A stretch of DNA of 62,735 nt, taken from IMG/VR virus record IMGVR_UViG_3300002461_000940, positions 1 through 62,735 of that record; one strand, given 5' to 3'. The notes beneath the pieces are model-generated. The model had not been told where the DNA came from, made no database searches, and was given only the letters and a program-made list of their open reading frames with translations. Positions 9,320 through 18,749 of the stretch are shown piece by piece (position 1 is the first letter of the stretch; every line of letters starts with the position of its first letter). Position numbers and translations under genes: made by a program. This DNA is from a virus. Taxonomy: Duplodnaviria; Caudoviricetes.

Positions 9320-9365
9320 GCCCCCACATCGGCCCCCACATCACGCGGGGTGACGCCCCCACACG
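9320..9365 (+). repeat. Three direct repeats GCCCCCACA(TC) upstream of the replication operon
   Basis: Copies at 9320, 9332 and 9355. Confidence 0.8.
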
Positions 9366-9417
9366 TCGGTTTCGACACTGCTTGCACGTCTCCGCAACCA
9401 CCTGAAAGGACCCGAAC

Positions 9418-9630
9418 GTGACCGTCAAACACCTCAACCAACGCGAGCTGGCCGAGCGCTGGGATCGCAGCGAGGCCTGCCTCGAAAGATGGCGCTCCGA
9501 GGGGATCGGACCCGTCTTCATGAAGCTGCAGGGCCGCGTCCTCTACCGCCTCGAGGACATCGAAGCCTTCGAGACGGAAAGCCTGCGCCAGAGCACCTCT
9601 GACTCGATCCAACCGGGGAGCCCAGCATGA
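9418..9630 (+). CDS. AlpA/excisionase-like HTH protein
   Basis: HLNQRELAERW...LERWR..GIGPVFMKL.GRVLYRLEDIEAFE. Confidence 0.88.
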   Translation: MTVKHLNQRELAERWDRSEACLERWRSEGIGPVFMKLQGRVLYRLEDIEAFETESLRQSTSDSIQPGSPA

Positions 9631-10097
9631 CCGGCATCACCCCTGAGCAGATCCTTGCCACGCCGTCCGGCGACCTGGCCAACCAGTCCAGTGACGCGCT
9701 CTATGAGCTCAAGGGCCAGACCACAGCTCTCCTGACCACGGCCAAGGCGGTCGACGCCTGGCTCGACAAGGCGCTCGACCTGAAGTACTCGCAGCGTGCT
9801 CGTGAGCTCCGGCTGGCCGAGGGCAAGGACACCGGCGTCGTGCACTTCGAGGACGGCCCCGTGCACATCACGGCGGACCTGCCCAAGAAGATCGACTGGG
9901 ATCAGGCCCGTCTGGCAGAGATCACGCGGCGCATCTCCGCCAGCGGCGACAACCCGGCCGAGTACGTCGAGATCACGTACCGCGTGTCGGAGACCAAGTT
10001 CAACGCTTGGCCCGAAACGCTGAAGAGCGCGTTTGCCCCCGCGCGCACGTTGAAGACCGGCAAGCCCGGCTTCCGTCTCGAACTGAAGAAGGACTGA
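9627..10097 (+). CDS. Phage hypothetical protein
   Basis: 156 aa, coupled in operon. Confidence 0.8.
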   Translation: MTGITPEQILATPSGDLANQSSDALYELKGQTTALLTTAKAVDAWLDKALDLKYSQRARELRLAEGKDTGVVHFEDGPVHITADLPKKIDWDQARLAEITRRISASGDNPAEYVEITYRVSETKFNAWPETLKSAFAPARTLKTGKPGFRLELKKD

Positions 10098-10100
10098 CCC

Positions 10101-10415
10101 ATGAAGACCCAACCCACCCTGGTTCAGCTGCTGGGCGCCGCCTACCCCTACGCCCTGAATGAACTGCCGCCCACGATTCGCATCCCGGCCATCGCTGGCC
10201 ACCGCGCCGATGAAGTGATCCGGCCCCTGGATGAGGCTACGGTCGACGACGTTGCACTCTCCATCCTCGGCGTCGAGGCCGAAATTGGTGTCGTTCGCCG
10301 TCGCCTCCATGCGCTGCGCGAGCTCTACGAACTCGCCCGCAAGCGCGGCGCGCTGGGCGCCCACCACATCAGCGACACCTTCGCCGACTTGCGCGATGAA
10401 GGGGGTGGCCAGTGA
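10101..10415 (+). CDS. Phage hypothetical protein
   Basis: 104 aa in operon with SD. Confidence 0.7.
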   Translation: MKTQPTLVQLLGAAYPYALNELPPTIRIPAIAGHRADEVIRPLDEATVDDVALSILGVEAEIGVVRRRLHALRELYELARKRGALGAHHISDTFADLRDEGGGQ

Positions 10416-11287
10416 GCTTCCCGATCATCACGGCCGACCAGCGCCTGGCCGAACCGCGCGGCGTCAAAGGTGTGCTGGTGGGCAAGAGCGGCCTAGGAAA
10501 GACCAGCCAGTTGTGGACCCTGGACGCGGCTGCGACGCTGTTCCTCGACCTGGAGGCCGGCGACCTCGCGGTGGAGGGCTGGGCCGGCGACACGATCCGC
10601 CCGCGCACCTGGCCCGACTGCCGCGACTTCGCGGTCTACATCGGCGGCCCCAACCCGGCGCTACGCGATGACCAGGCCTACAGCCAGGCGCACTACGACG
10701 CCGTGTGCGAGCGCTTCGGTGACGCCGCTGTGCTCGACAAGTACGACACCGTCTTCGTCGACTCCATAACCGTGGCCGGACGCCTGTGCCTGCAGTGGTG
10801 CCGGGGACAGCCGCAGGCCTACTCCGAGAAAACCGGCAAGCCCGACAGCCGCGGCGCCTACGGCCTACTTGGCGCCGAGATGCTCGGCTGGCTGACACAT
10901 CTGCAGCACACCCGGCGCAAGAACGTCTGGTTCGTCGGCATCTTGAACGAGGCGCTGGACGACTTCAACCGCCGCGTCTTCTCACTGCAGATCGACGGTT
11001 CGAAGACGGGGCTGGAGTTGCCCGGCATCGTCGACGAGGTCGTGACGCTGGCCGAGTTGAAGACCGACGACGGCACGCCTTACCGCGCATTCATCTGCCG
11101 AACGCTGAACCCGTGGTCCTTCCCCGCCAAGGACAGGTCTGGCCGCCTGGAGATGGTCGAGGAACCGCACCTTGGCCGGCTCATGCAGAAGATCGCCGGC
11201 CCCGCCAAGCCCGCCTTGCAGCGCCTCGAGTTCGCTCGGCCGCCCGCCACCACCACCCCCGAATCCATTCCGAATCAGGAGTCCTGA
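10412..11287 (+). CDS. AAA_24/Sak4-like ATPase
   Basis: Walker A GKSGLGKT, LFLDLEAG, VFVDSIT, AKDRSG. Confidence 0.85.
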   Translation: MSFPIITADQRLAEPRGVKGVLVGKSGLGKTSQLWTLDAAATLFLDLEAGDLAVEGWAGDTIRPRTWPDCRDFAVYIGGPNPALRDDQAYSQAHYDAVCERFGDAAVLDKYDTVFVDSITVAGRLCLQWCRGQPQAYSEKTGKPDSRGAYGLLGAEMLGWLTHLQHTRRKNVWFVGILNEALDDFNRRVFSLQIDGSKTGLELPGIVDEVVTLAELKTDDGTPYRAFICRTLNPWSFPAKDRSGRLEMVEEPHLGRLMQKIAGPAKPALQRLEFARPPATTTPESIPNQES

Positions 11288-11289
11288 AC

Positions 11290-11895
11290 ATGACCTACTT
11301 CGATTTCAATTCCGCTCCCGAGCAAGCTTCCTTCGATCTGATCCCCAAGGGTGAGCTCGTCCGCGTGCGCATGACGATCCGCCCCGGTGGCTACGACGAC
11401 GCGTCGCAGGGCTGGACTGGCGGCTTTGCGACCCGCAGCGCCACCACCGGCTCGGTGTACTTGAACTGCGAGTTCGTGGTCACCGAGGGCAAGTACGCGC
11501 GCCGCAAGATGTGGTCGCTGATCGGCCTGCACAGCCCCAAGGGTCCGGAGTGGGCCAACATGGGCCGGACCTTGATCAAGGCCGTCCTCAACTCGGCGCG
11601 CGGCATCCACCCTGGCGACAGCAGCCCTGCCGCGCAGAACGCGCGCCGCATCAGTGGCTTCGCTGACCTGGAAGGCGTCGAGTTCCTCGGCAAGGTGGAC
11701 TGGGACAAGGACCAAAACGGCCAGGACAAGTGCGTCATCAAGGCGGCGATCACGCCTGACCACAAGGACTACGCCGCGTTGATGGCCGGCGCAACCGCCG
11801 TGCCGGCCAGCACCCCCGCGGCGCCCAACGCCTACGCCCAAGCCACGGGCCGCGCGCCGGTGCCGGTGCCGGGCCGGCCCAGCTGGGCCCAGTGA
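11290..11895 (+). CDS. Putative ssDNA-binding protein (DUF669-like)
   Basis: FDLIPKG...YLNCEFVVTEGKYARRK; Pro/Ala tail ending PSWAQ; follows the Sak4-like gene. Confidence 0.65.
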   Translation: MTYFDFNSAPEQASFDLIPKGELVRVRMTIRPGGYDDASQGWTGGFATRSATTGSVYLNCEFVVTEGKYARRKMWSLIGLHSPKGPEWANMGRTLIKAVLNSARGIHPGDSSPAAQNARRISGFADLEGVEFLGKVDWDKDQNGQDKCVIKAAITPDHKDYAALMAGATAVPASTPAAPNAYAQATGRAPVPVPGRPSWAQ

Positions 11896-11910
11896 GGGAG
11901 GGGCACAGCC

Positions 11911-13584
11911 ATGATGCTTCGACCTCGTCAATCGTTACTGGTCGAGCGCACGCTGGCGGCGCTCGATGAGTTCGGCAACACCCTGGCGGTGGCGCCCACC
12001 GGTTCCGGCAAGACCGTCATGCTGTCGGCGGTCGCTGGCCGGCTGCTGGAGGAGCCCGACGCCAAGGCCTGCATCCTCGCCCACCGTACCGAGCTGACTG
12101 GGCAGAACCGCGGCAAGTTCAGCCGCGTCAACCCCGGCGTCAGCACTTCGGTGTTCGACGCCAACGAGAAGTCGTGGCAGGGCCAGGCCACCTTTGCAAT
12201 GGTCCAGACCTTGTCGCGGCCGACGCACCTGGTCCAGATGCCGACACTCGATCTGCTGGTCATCGACGAGGCGCACCATGCCTCGTCGCCGACCTACCGG
12301 ACCGTCATCGACAAGGTGCTGGCGAGGAATCCCACGGCGGCGATCTTCGGCGTCACGGCCACGCCGAACCGCGGTGACGGTCAGGGACTGCGTGAGGTCT
12401 TCTCCAACGTGGCCGACCAGATCACGCTCGGCGAAATGATCGCCGCCGGCCATCTGGTGCCGCCGCGCACCTTCGTGATCGACGTCGGCGTGCAGGAGGC
12501 GCTGAAGCAGGTGCGCCGGACCGCGATGGACTTCGACATGGACGAGGTCGCCTCGATCCTGGACAAGCGCCTGATCACCGAGGCGGTCATCAGGCACTGG
12601 AAGGACAGGGCGGCCGCGCGAAAGACCATCGTCTTCTGTTCGACGGTGGCCCACGCACAGAACGTGTGCGACGCGTTCGTCGCCGCCGGCGTGACCGCGG
12701 TGCTCGTGCACGGCGACCTGTCCGATGCCGATCGCAAACGGCGCTTGTCCGACTTCGAGTCCGGCCAAGCCCAGGTGGTGGTCAACGTCGCGGTGCTCAC
12801 CGAGGGCTACGACCACACCCCGACCGGCTGCGTTGTGCTGCTGCGGCCGAGCTCCTACAAGAGCACGTTCATTCAGATGGTCGGCCGCGGCCTGCGCACC
12901 GTGGATCCGGAGGAGTTCCCGGGCGCCATCAAGACCGACTGCATCGTGCTCGATTTCGGCACCGCCAGCCTGATGCACGGGTGCCTCGAGCAGGAGGTCA
13001 GCCTCGATGGCCACACCAGTGACGGTGTGGCGCCGACGAAGGACTGCCCCGAGTGCGACGCCGTCGTGCCGCTCGCCTGCATGGAGTGTCCGCTGTGTGG
13101 CTTTGTGTGGGAGCGACAAGAGCGCGACCACGATGTCCTGACCGATTTCGTGATGAGCGAGATCGACCTCCTCAAGCGGTCCAATTTCCGCTGGTGCGAC
13201 CTGTTCGGCCAAGACGATGCGCTGATGGCCACCGGCTTCAACGCCTGGGCCGGCGTCTTCTTCCTCAACGGGCGCTGGCACGCGGTGGGTGGCGGCAACG
13301 GGCTGAGTTCTCACCTGCTTGCCGTCGGTGAGCGCATGGTTTGCATGGCCAAGGCCGACGACTGGCTCAACGACCACGAGACCGCGGACTCGGCGCACAA
13401 GACCCGGCGCTGGCTCAACGAGCCGCCCACCCCCAAGCAGCTGAGTTTCTTGCCCCAGCAGATGCGGGCGGACTTCGGCATGACTCGCTACCAGGCGTCG
13501 GCCCTGTTGTCGTTCCAGTTCAACAAGGCGTCGATCAAGCGCCTCGTCGAGGCGGCCAACGACAGTCTTCTGGAGGCGGCGTGA
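11911..13584 (+). CDS. SF2 DEAH helicase with Zn ribbon
   Basis: APTGSGKT, DEAHH, TATP, QMVGRGLR, CPEC...CPLC. Confidence 0.95.
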   Translation: MMLRPRQSLLVERTLAALDEFGNTLAVAPTGSGKTVMLSAVAGRLLEEPDAKACILAHRTELTGQNRGKFSRVNPGVSTSVFDANEKSWQGQATFAMVQTLSRPTHLVQMPTLDLLVIDEAHHASSPTYRTVIDKVLARNPTAAIFGVTATPNRGDGQGLREVFSNVADQITLGEMIAAGHLVPPRTFVIDVGVQEALKQVRRTAMDFDMDEVASILDKRLITEAVIRHWKDRAAARKTIVFCSTVAHAQNVCDAFVAAGVTAVLVHGDLSDADRKRRLSDFESGQAQVVVNVAVLTEGYDHTPTGCVVLLRPSSYKSTFIQMVGRGLRTVDPEEFPGAIKTDCIVLDFGTASLMHGCLEQEVSLDGHTSDGVAPTKDCPECDAVVPLACMECPLCGFVWERQERDHDVLTDFVMSEIDLLKRSNFRWCDLFGQDDALMATGFNAWAGVFFLNGRWHAVGGGNGLSSHLLAVGERMVCMAKADDWLNDHETADSAHKTRRWLNEPPTPKQLSFLPQQMRADFGMTRYQASALLSFQFNKASIKRLVEAANDSLLEAA

Positions 13585-14003
13585 GATGTGCCGTTTGCTC
13601 TCGCCAAGCCAAGGGCTACGGCTGGTTCAACCCCCGGCTCAAGGCCAGCGATCCCGCGCGCACCTCCGATCGGTGGGTGTTCTGCTGTCGTCGGTGCCAG
13701 GACGCCTTCTGCCACCTCATGAACAAGACGGAGGGTCGGATGATCGATCCCAGTGACATGGAAATCGCTGCCATGCAGGCCTGCCTGCAGCCGCTGGGCG
13801 AATACGTCGGCGAGATCGGCATGCAACGCCCGCTGGCCGAGTACACGCGTGAGGAGGTGCTGACGCTGATCGAGACGGTGGTGACCGCCTATCAGGACCG
13901 CATGCTCGAAGAGCATGAGCGCATGGCCGCCAAGGATCGTGAATTCCTGGAACAGCGCCTGGCCCGCCAGGGACAGCCGGCCCGTGGGGGAGCGCCGTTC
14001 TGA
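13581..14003 (+). CDS. DUF6511-like protein with N-terminal Cys cluster
   Basis: GTG start overlapping the helicase stop; CAVC...CCRRCQ; RPLAEYTREEVLTLIETVV. Confidence 0.7.
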   Translation: MRCAVCSRQAKGYGWFNPRLKASDPARTSDRWVFCCRRCQDAFCHLMNKTEGRMIDPSDMEIAAMQACLQPLGEYVGEIGMQRPLAEYTREEVLTLIETVVTAYQDRMLEEHERMAAKDREFLEQRLARQGQPARGGAPF

Positions 14004-14758
14004 TGCTGGACTTCAACCACCGGCCCAAGATCCACGACCAGATCAGCGACCTCATCGACGCAGCGCTGGTCGAGGAGCGCAAGGGCGAATCTCCACGCAC
14101 CTATCTCGGCGGCTCCAGGCTCGGCGTGGCCTGTGAGCGGGCCTTGCAGTACGAGTACCTGCACGCGCCGGTTGACCCCGGTCGCGACTTCCCTGGTCGC
14201 CTGCTGCGCGTGTTCGAGGTCGGCCTCGCCTTGGAAGACCTGGCGATCCGCTGGTTGCGGCTCGCCGGCTTTGAGCTCTACACGCGCAAGGCCAGCGGCG
14301 GGCAGTTCGGGTTCTCAGTCGCCGACGGTCGCATCCGTGGCCACGTCGACGGTGTCATCGCTTCTGCGCCGGCTGCGCTGGCACTGCGGTGCCCGTCACT
14401 GTGGGAGTGCAAGACCATGAGCGACAAGTCGTGGCGCGAAACGGTCAAGCAGGGCGTCACCCTTTCCAAGCCCGTCTATGCGGCGCAGTTGGCCGTCTAC
14501 CAAGCCTACATGGAGGGCTCGATCCCCGGCATCTCGCAGAACCCGGCGCTGTTCACCGCCATCAACAAGGACTCCCAGGAGATTTGGTTCGAGCTGGTGC
14601 CGTTCGACGGCGGGCTGGCACAGCGCATGTCCGATCGGGCCGTCCGGGTGATCTCAGCGTCCGCCGCCGGCGAAGTCCTGCCGCGCCTGGCGACGACGCC
14701 CACTCACTTCGAGTGCAAGTTCTGCGCTTGGCAGGACCGCTGCTGGAGCGCTGCATGA
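14003..14758 (+). CDS. Cas4-like PD-(D/E)XK exonuclease
   Basis: GVAC...GHVDG...WECK...QLAVY...[10 protein letters not shown]. Confidence 0.85.
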   Translation: MLDFNHRPKIHDQISDLIDAALVEERKGESPRTYLGGSRLGVACERALQYEYLHAPVDPGRDFPGRLLRVFEVGLALEDLAIRWLRLAGFELYTRKASGGQFGFSVADGRIRGHVDGVIASAPAALALRCPSLWECKTMSDKSWRETVKQGVTLSKPVYAAQLAVYQAYMEGSIPGISQNPALFTAINKDSQEIWFELVPFDGGLAQRMSDRAVRVISASAAGEVLPRLATTPTHFECKFCAWQDRCWSAA

Positions 14759-16944
14759 CGGCGGTGGTCCTGGACTGGTTCGATTTCAACGATGCGGCCG
14801 AGCCGCGCAACTTCGACGCGAGCGACACCGACGCGCTGCGCGCTGGGCTGCTCGACCGGCTGGAGACGATGCTGCAGGAGTTCTTCCCGCAGGGTCGCTT
14901 CCGCGGCGGCAAGTTCTATGTCGGCGATGTCGACGGCGCGGCTGGCAAGAGCCTCGTGGTTGAACTTGATGGTGCCAAGCGCGGCCTGTGGACCGACTTC
15001 GCCACCGGCGATGGCGGCGACGTCATCGATCTGTGGGCCAGCGCGCACCATCTGTCGGCCAAAATGGATTTTCCGCGGCTGGCCGAAGGGATCCGCCAGT
15101 GGCTCGGTCTGGCGCCGGCCCCAGTGAGCGTGCCGCGCCGCGACGCGCGAACGACGGCGGTCGACGAGCTGGGGCCCTACACCGGCAAGTGGGACTACCT
15201 GACTGCCGACGGTGAACTCATCGCCTGCGTCTACCGATTCGACCCGCCGACGGGAAAGGAATACCGGCCCTGGGATGTGCGCGCCCGCATGTGGCGTGCG
15301 CCGGACCCCAGGCCTTTGTACAACCTGCCGGCGATCGCTGCGTCGAGGAAGGTCGTGCTGGTCGAGGGCGAGAAGGCGGCGCAGGCCTTGATCGCGGTCG
15401 GCATCACGGCCACCACCGCGATGAACGGCGCCAAGGCGCCGGTGGACAAGACCGATTGGTCACCGCTGGCCGGGCGCCATGTCGTGATCTGGCCCGACCG
15501 GGATGCACCGGGCTGGGACTACGCCGAGAGTGCAGGACACGCCTGCGTGGTGGCTGGCTGCACGTCGGTGGCCATCCTGGTGCCGCCCGTGGACAAACCG
15601 GACAAGTGGGACGCCGCCGATGCGGTGGACGAGGGCTTTGACTGTCGGGATTTCATCGAGCAGGGCGAGCGACGCGTGCTCAAGCTGGCGGCGCCTGTTC
15701 TGCCGAGCTTCACGCTGGGCGAACTGCTCGACGACAACTCGCCGCTGCCCGCCGATCTGATCGCGCCACGGGTGCTGACGCCTGCCGGCCTGCTGGTCTT
15801 CGGCGGCGCGCCGAAGGTGGGCAAGAGCGACTTCCTGCTGTCGTGGCTGACGCACATGTCCGCCGGCGCTGCGTTTCTCGGCATGACGCCATCTCGTCCG
15901 CTGCGCGTCTTCTACCTGCAGGCCGAGGTTCAGTACCACTACCTGCGCGAGCGCGTCAAAGAGGTTCGACTGCCGCCTGAGCAGTTGCCACACGCGCGCA
16001 TCAACTTCATCGCCACGCCGCAGCTGCGACTGGTGCTGGACGACGCAGGGCTGGCGCAGGTGATTCCGGCCATCACCCAGGCCTTCGGTGGCGAGCCTCC
16101 GGACATCATCGCCATCGACCCCATACGCAACGTCTTCGACGGTGGCGATGCAGGCGGCGAGAACGACAACGGCGCCATGCTGTTCTTCTTGTCGCAGCGC
16201 GTCGAACGAATCCGCCAGGCCGTGAATCCGGACGCTGGAATCATCCTGGCTCATCACACGCGCAAGCTCGGCAAGAAGCAGTTCGAGGAAGACCCGTTCC
16301 AGGCCCTGGCCGGTGCGGGAAGCCTGCGCGGCTACTACTCGAGCGGGATCTTGCTGTTCCGCCCGGACGAGACGCGCACCACGCGCCAGCTGATCTTCGA
16401 GCTTCGCAACGGGCCGGCCATCCCGATGCGCCATGTCGACAAGATCCACGGCGAATGGCGTGAGATCGAGACCAACGATCGACTGGTCCTCAAGGAGTAC
16501 GGCGAACGGCTCGACGCCGAACGCAGCCGCAAGCGGGACGCGATCCTGCAGATCCTGTTCGAGGAGGCGGCGCGGGGGCGCTGCTACACCGCCAATCAGT
16601 TCGCCGAGTCGTTCGAAGGCAAGGCTGGCTTGGGCGGCGAGCGAACGATCAGGGAGCGCATCTCGGCGCTGTCCACGCAGGGCTACATCAAGTTCTTCCG
16701 CAACGCCGCCGACTACGGCCTGTCTTCCATCGGGCGCTCGAAGTTCGGCTACCTGTGCGTGGAGGCCATGGTCCTGCTCGTCCAGAGCGACGCCGATCCC
16801 GCAACCGGCGAGATCCCGACGCGTGAGATGCACGTCTTGCCCACCCACTACAAGTGCCCGAGCTCTGGCGCGGCCATGCCTGTGGAGAACCCCGAGGTCT
16901 GGGTCTACCAGGACGGTGGCGACGAGCCCGAGGAGGGCGCATGA
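14755..16944 (+). CDS. Primase-helicase (TOPRIM + AAA_25/RepA-type helicase)
   Basis: VLVEGEK, IWPDRD (TOPRIM); GAPKVGKS Walker A; IAIDP; AHHTRK. Confidence 0.9.
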   Translation: MTAVVLDWFDFNDAAEPRNFDASDTDALRAGLLDRLETMLQEFFPQGRFRGGKFYVGDVDGAAGKSLVVELDGAKRGLWTDFATGDGGDVIDLWASAHHLSAKMDFPRLAEGIRQWLGLAPAPVSVPRRDARTTAVDELGPYTGKWDYLTADGELIACVYRFDPPTGKEYRPWDVRARMWRAPDPRPLYNLPAIAASRKVVLVEGEKAAQALIAVGITATTAMNGAKAPVDKTDWSPLAGRHVVIWPDRDAPGWDYAESAGHACVVAGCTSVAILVPPVDKPDKWDAADAVDEGFDCRDFIEQGERRVLKLAAPVLPSFTLGELLDDNSPLPADLIAPRVLTPAGLLVFGGAPKVGKSDFLLSWLTHMSAGAAFLGMTPSRPLRVFYLQAEVQYHYLRERVKEVRLPPEQLPHARINFIATPQLRLVLDDAGLAQVIPAITQAFGGEPPDIIAIDPIRNVFDGGDAGGENDNGAMLFFLSQRVERIRQAVNPDAGIILAHHTRKLGKKQFEEDPFQALAGAGSLRGYYSSGILLFRPDETRTTRQLIFELRNGPAIPMRHVDKIHGEWREIETNDRLVLKEYGERLDAERSRKRDAILQILFEEAARGRCYTANQFAESFEGKAGLGGERTIRERISALSTQGYIKFFRNAADYGLSSIGRSKFGYLCVEAMVLLVQSDADPATGEIPTREMHVLPTHYKCPSSGAAMPVENPEVWVYQDGGDEPEEGA

Positions 16945-17882
16945 ACCCCACGCCTGCCAGTTGGCAAGTTGGCAACGCACCTGCCAACGCGGTTGCCAAC
17001 TGGGTTTCCAACCCGCGGCACCACCCGCGAAGGCCCGCACGAGCCCTCTCTTCACCGCCGGAGCGAACCGTCCGCCCGCACCTGCAGGAGTCCGCAATGA
17101 CAGGCATCACCACGCACGCGCAAGTTGGCAAAACCTTTGCCAACTGGACGCCGATTTTTGCCAACTGGATTCAGTTGGCAGACCTCTGCCAACTTGATTC
17201 CCATATGAATCAGGTACTTAGCTCGAAGTTGGCAAGTTGGCAAGTTGGCAACGCTGCCAACTTGCCAACTGAGCTAAGTGCTTGTCACGCAAAAGATTTC
17301 GGCTCCACCGAAGTTGGCGAAAACTCCCCCTCCTACTACGTAGGAGAGGGGCCTGACGTCCCCTCCTCGCTACGTGGAGGTTCAGCCCATGGTCCACGAG
17401 ACGGGTGCTGGATTGCGACACCGAACGCGGTCCTGGCGCTGGACCTGGGAACGCAGACCGGGTGGGCCTTGCGCGGCCGCGACCACACAGTGACCAGCGG
17501 ATCCGAGTCCTTCAAGCCGCATCGCTTTGAGGGCGGCGGCATGCGCTACCTGCGCTTCAAGCGCTGGCTCACCGAAGTCAAGCAGTCCGCGGACATGATC
17601 GGCGCCGTGTACTTCGAGGAGGTCCGCCGCCATGCCGGCGTGGACGCCGCCCACGCCTATGGCGGATTCATGGCGCACCTCACCGCCTGGTGCGAGCACC
17701 ACCAGATTCCGTACCAGGGCGTGCCCGTGGGCACGATCAAGCGGCACGCCACAGGCAAGGGCAACGCCGGCAAGCAGGACGTCATCGCCGCGGTCCGGCG
17801 CCGCGGCTACCACCCGGCCGACGACAACGAGGCCGATGCGCTGGCGCTGTTGCACTGGGCTCTGGACACGCAGGAGCTGTGA
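16941..17882 (+). CDS. RuvC-like Holliday junction resolvase; start uncertain (N-terminal half overlies repeats)
   Basis: [40 protein letters not shown]; ATG 16941 overlaps the primase stop. Confidence 0.8.
   Translation: MNPTPASWQVGNAPANAVANWVSNPRHHPRRPARALSSPPERTVRPHLQESAMTGITTHAQVGKTFANWTPIFANWIQLADLCQLDSHMNQVLSSKLASWQVGNAANLPTELSACHAKDFGSTEVGENSPSYYVGEGPDVPSSLRGGSAHGPRDGCWIATPNAVLALDLGTQTGWALRGRDHTVTSGSESFKPHRFEGGGMRYLRFKRWLTEVKQSADMIGAVYFEEVRRHAGVDAAHAYGGFMAHLTAWCEHHQIPYQGVPVGTIKRHATGKGNAGKQDVIAAVRRRGYHPADDNEADALALLHWALDTQEL
16960..17351. repeat. Iteron cluster (GTTGGCA/TGCCAAC x14), putative replication origin
   Basis: Copies in both orientations in three clusters, followed by the near-palindrome CCCCCTCCTACTACGTAGGAGAGGGG. 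Confidence 0.8.
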
Positions 17883-17883
17883 C

Positions 17884-18318
17884 ATGGGCAGCCGCGTGAG
17901 AGCACAACGGTGGGACATCGACGAGGTGGCAAGCTGGCTGGTCGAAGGTGCCCGCACGGCACATCGACTGCCGCCAGTCCGGGTCCAGGGCTACTTCAAC
18001 GTCTGGCCGACGATCGTGCGCAGCGACTACGAGCGCATGGCCAAGGACGACGAGCCCGTCTACCGCTTCCCACCTGAGCCTGCCGCGATCGACCGGATGA
18101 TGGAGACGATGCGGTGGGTGCAGTGGCTGGCGGTCGAGCAACGGCATCTGGTCTGGATGCGTGCCGAGCGCTACCCCTGGCGGGAGATCTGCAAGCGCTT
18201 TGGCTGCGATCGAACGACGGCGTGGCGTCGCTGGCAGGTCGCGATGAGCATGATCGTCGACCACCTCAATGCCGGGACCGAAGGCAAGCTCACGGATCGA
18301 CGCGAGGTGATTTCATGA
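17884..18318 (+). CDS. DUF6362-like protein, putative late transcription regulator
   Basis: LPPVRVQGY..WP; sigma region 4-like HTH LVWMRAERYPWREICKRFGCDRTTAWRRW. Confidence 0.75.
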   Translation: MGSRVRAQRWDIDEVASWLVEGARTAHRLPPVRVQGYFNVWPTIVRSDYERMAKDDEPVYRFPPEPAAIDRMMETMRWVQWLAVEQRHLVWMRAERYPWREICKRFGCDRTTAWRRWQVAMSMIVDHLNAGTEGKLTDRREVIS

Positions 18319-18446
18319 AGTTGCCAGCGCTCGCGAACAGATGATGGCGGACGCGGCTCGACGCAAAGTTCAGGGCCAAATCGATGTGCAACATCTGACC
18401 GAGTTTTGGGTAGAGTTCGTGTCACTCTTGCCATGGGTGCAAGCAG

Positions 18447-18476
18447 CGAAGGCCGCGGAGCGATCCGTGGCCTTCG
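18447..18476 (+). terminator. Strong hairpin with GCGA loop, possible terminator in the late leader
   Basis: CGAAGGCCGCGGA-gcga-TCCGTGGCCTTCG; weak U tract. Confidence 0.45.
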
Positions 18477-18510
18477 TCGCTTCTGAGCCACGGCCATCAC
18501 CTTCTTCGAC

Positions 18511-18555
18511 GGGTCCTTCCCGGCCGAAAGGCAATACGGGGGGCGCGAGCGCGGC
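18511..18555 (+). other. Candidate lambda-like cos site (cosQ/cosN-like)
   Basis: GGGTCCT...TACGGGGGGCGCGAGCGCGG resembles lambda cosQ GGGTCCT followed by TACG-GGGCGGCGACCT-CGCGG; the phage has a GpA-type terminase. Confidence 0.55.
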
Positions 18556-18749
18556 GCTCGCCTAGCGTCAGGGTGCAAACCGAGGTTTGCACCAGGTTGC
18601 AGGTTGCAGCCAGCCGCCCCTGAACACCTGCCAGAACTCGCCCGCGTTTGATCTGCCGGCGGGTTCTTTCGCTTCATCGCAGCGCCACTTGCGGCCCGCG
18701 ACAGGTTCTTCCACCTGTCCGGGCCGCAGCCTTTTTGGACGGGCCCCAC

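Noticed and set aside
14003-14758. CRISPR-associated Cas4
   Set aside because: It lies in a phage recombination/replication operon with no other cas genes; solo Cas4-like exonucleases are common in phages.
16941-17882. TnpB/Cas12-like RNA-guided RuvC nuclease with repeat array
   Set aside because: The RuvC-like domain is compact (about 155 aa) and resolvase-like with no Zn finger or REC region; the repeats are 7-8-mers without spacers.
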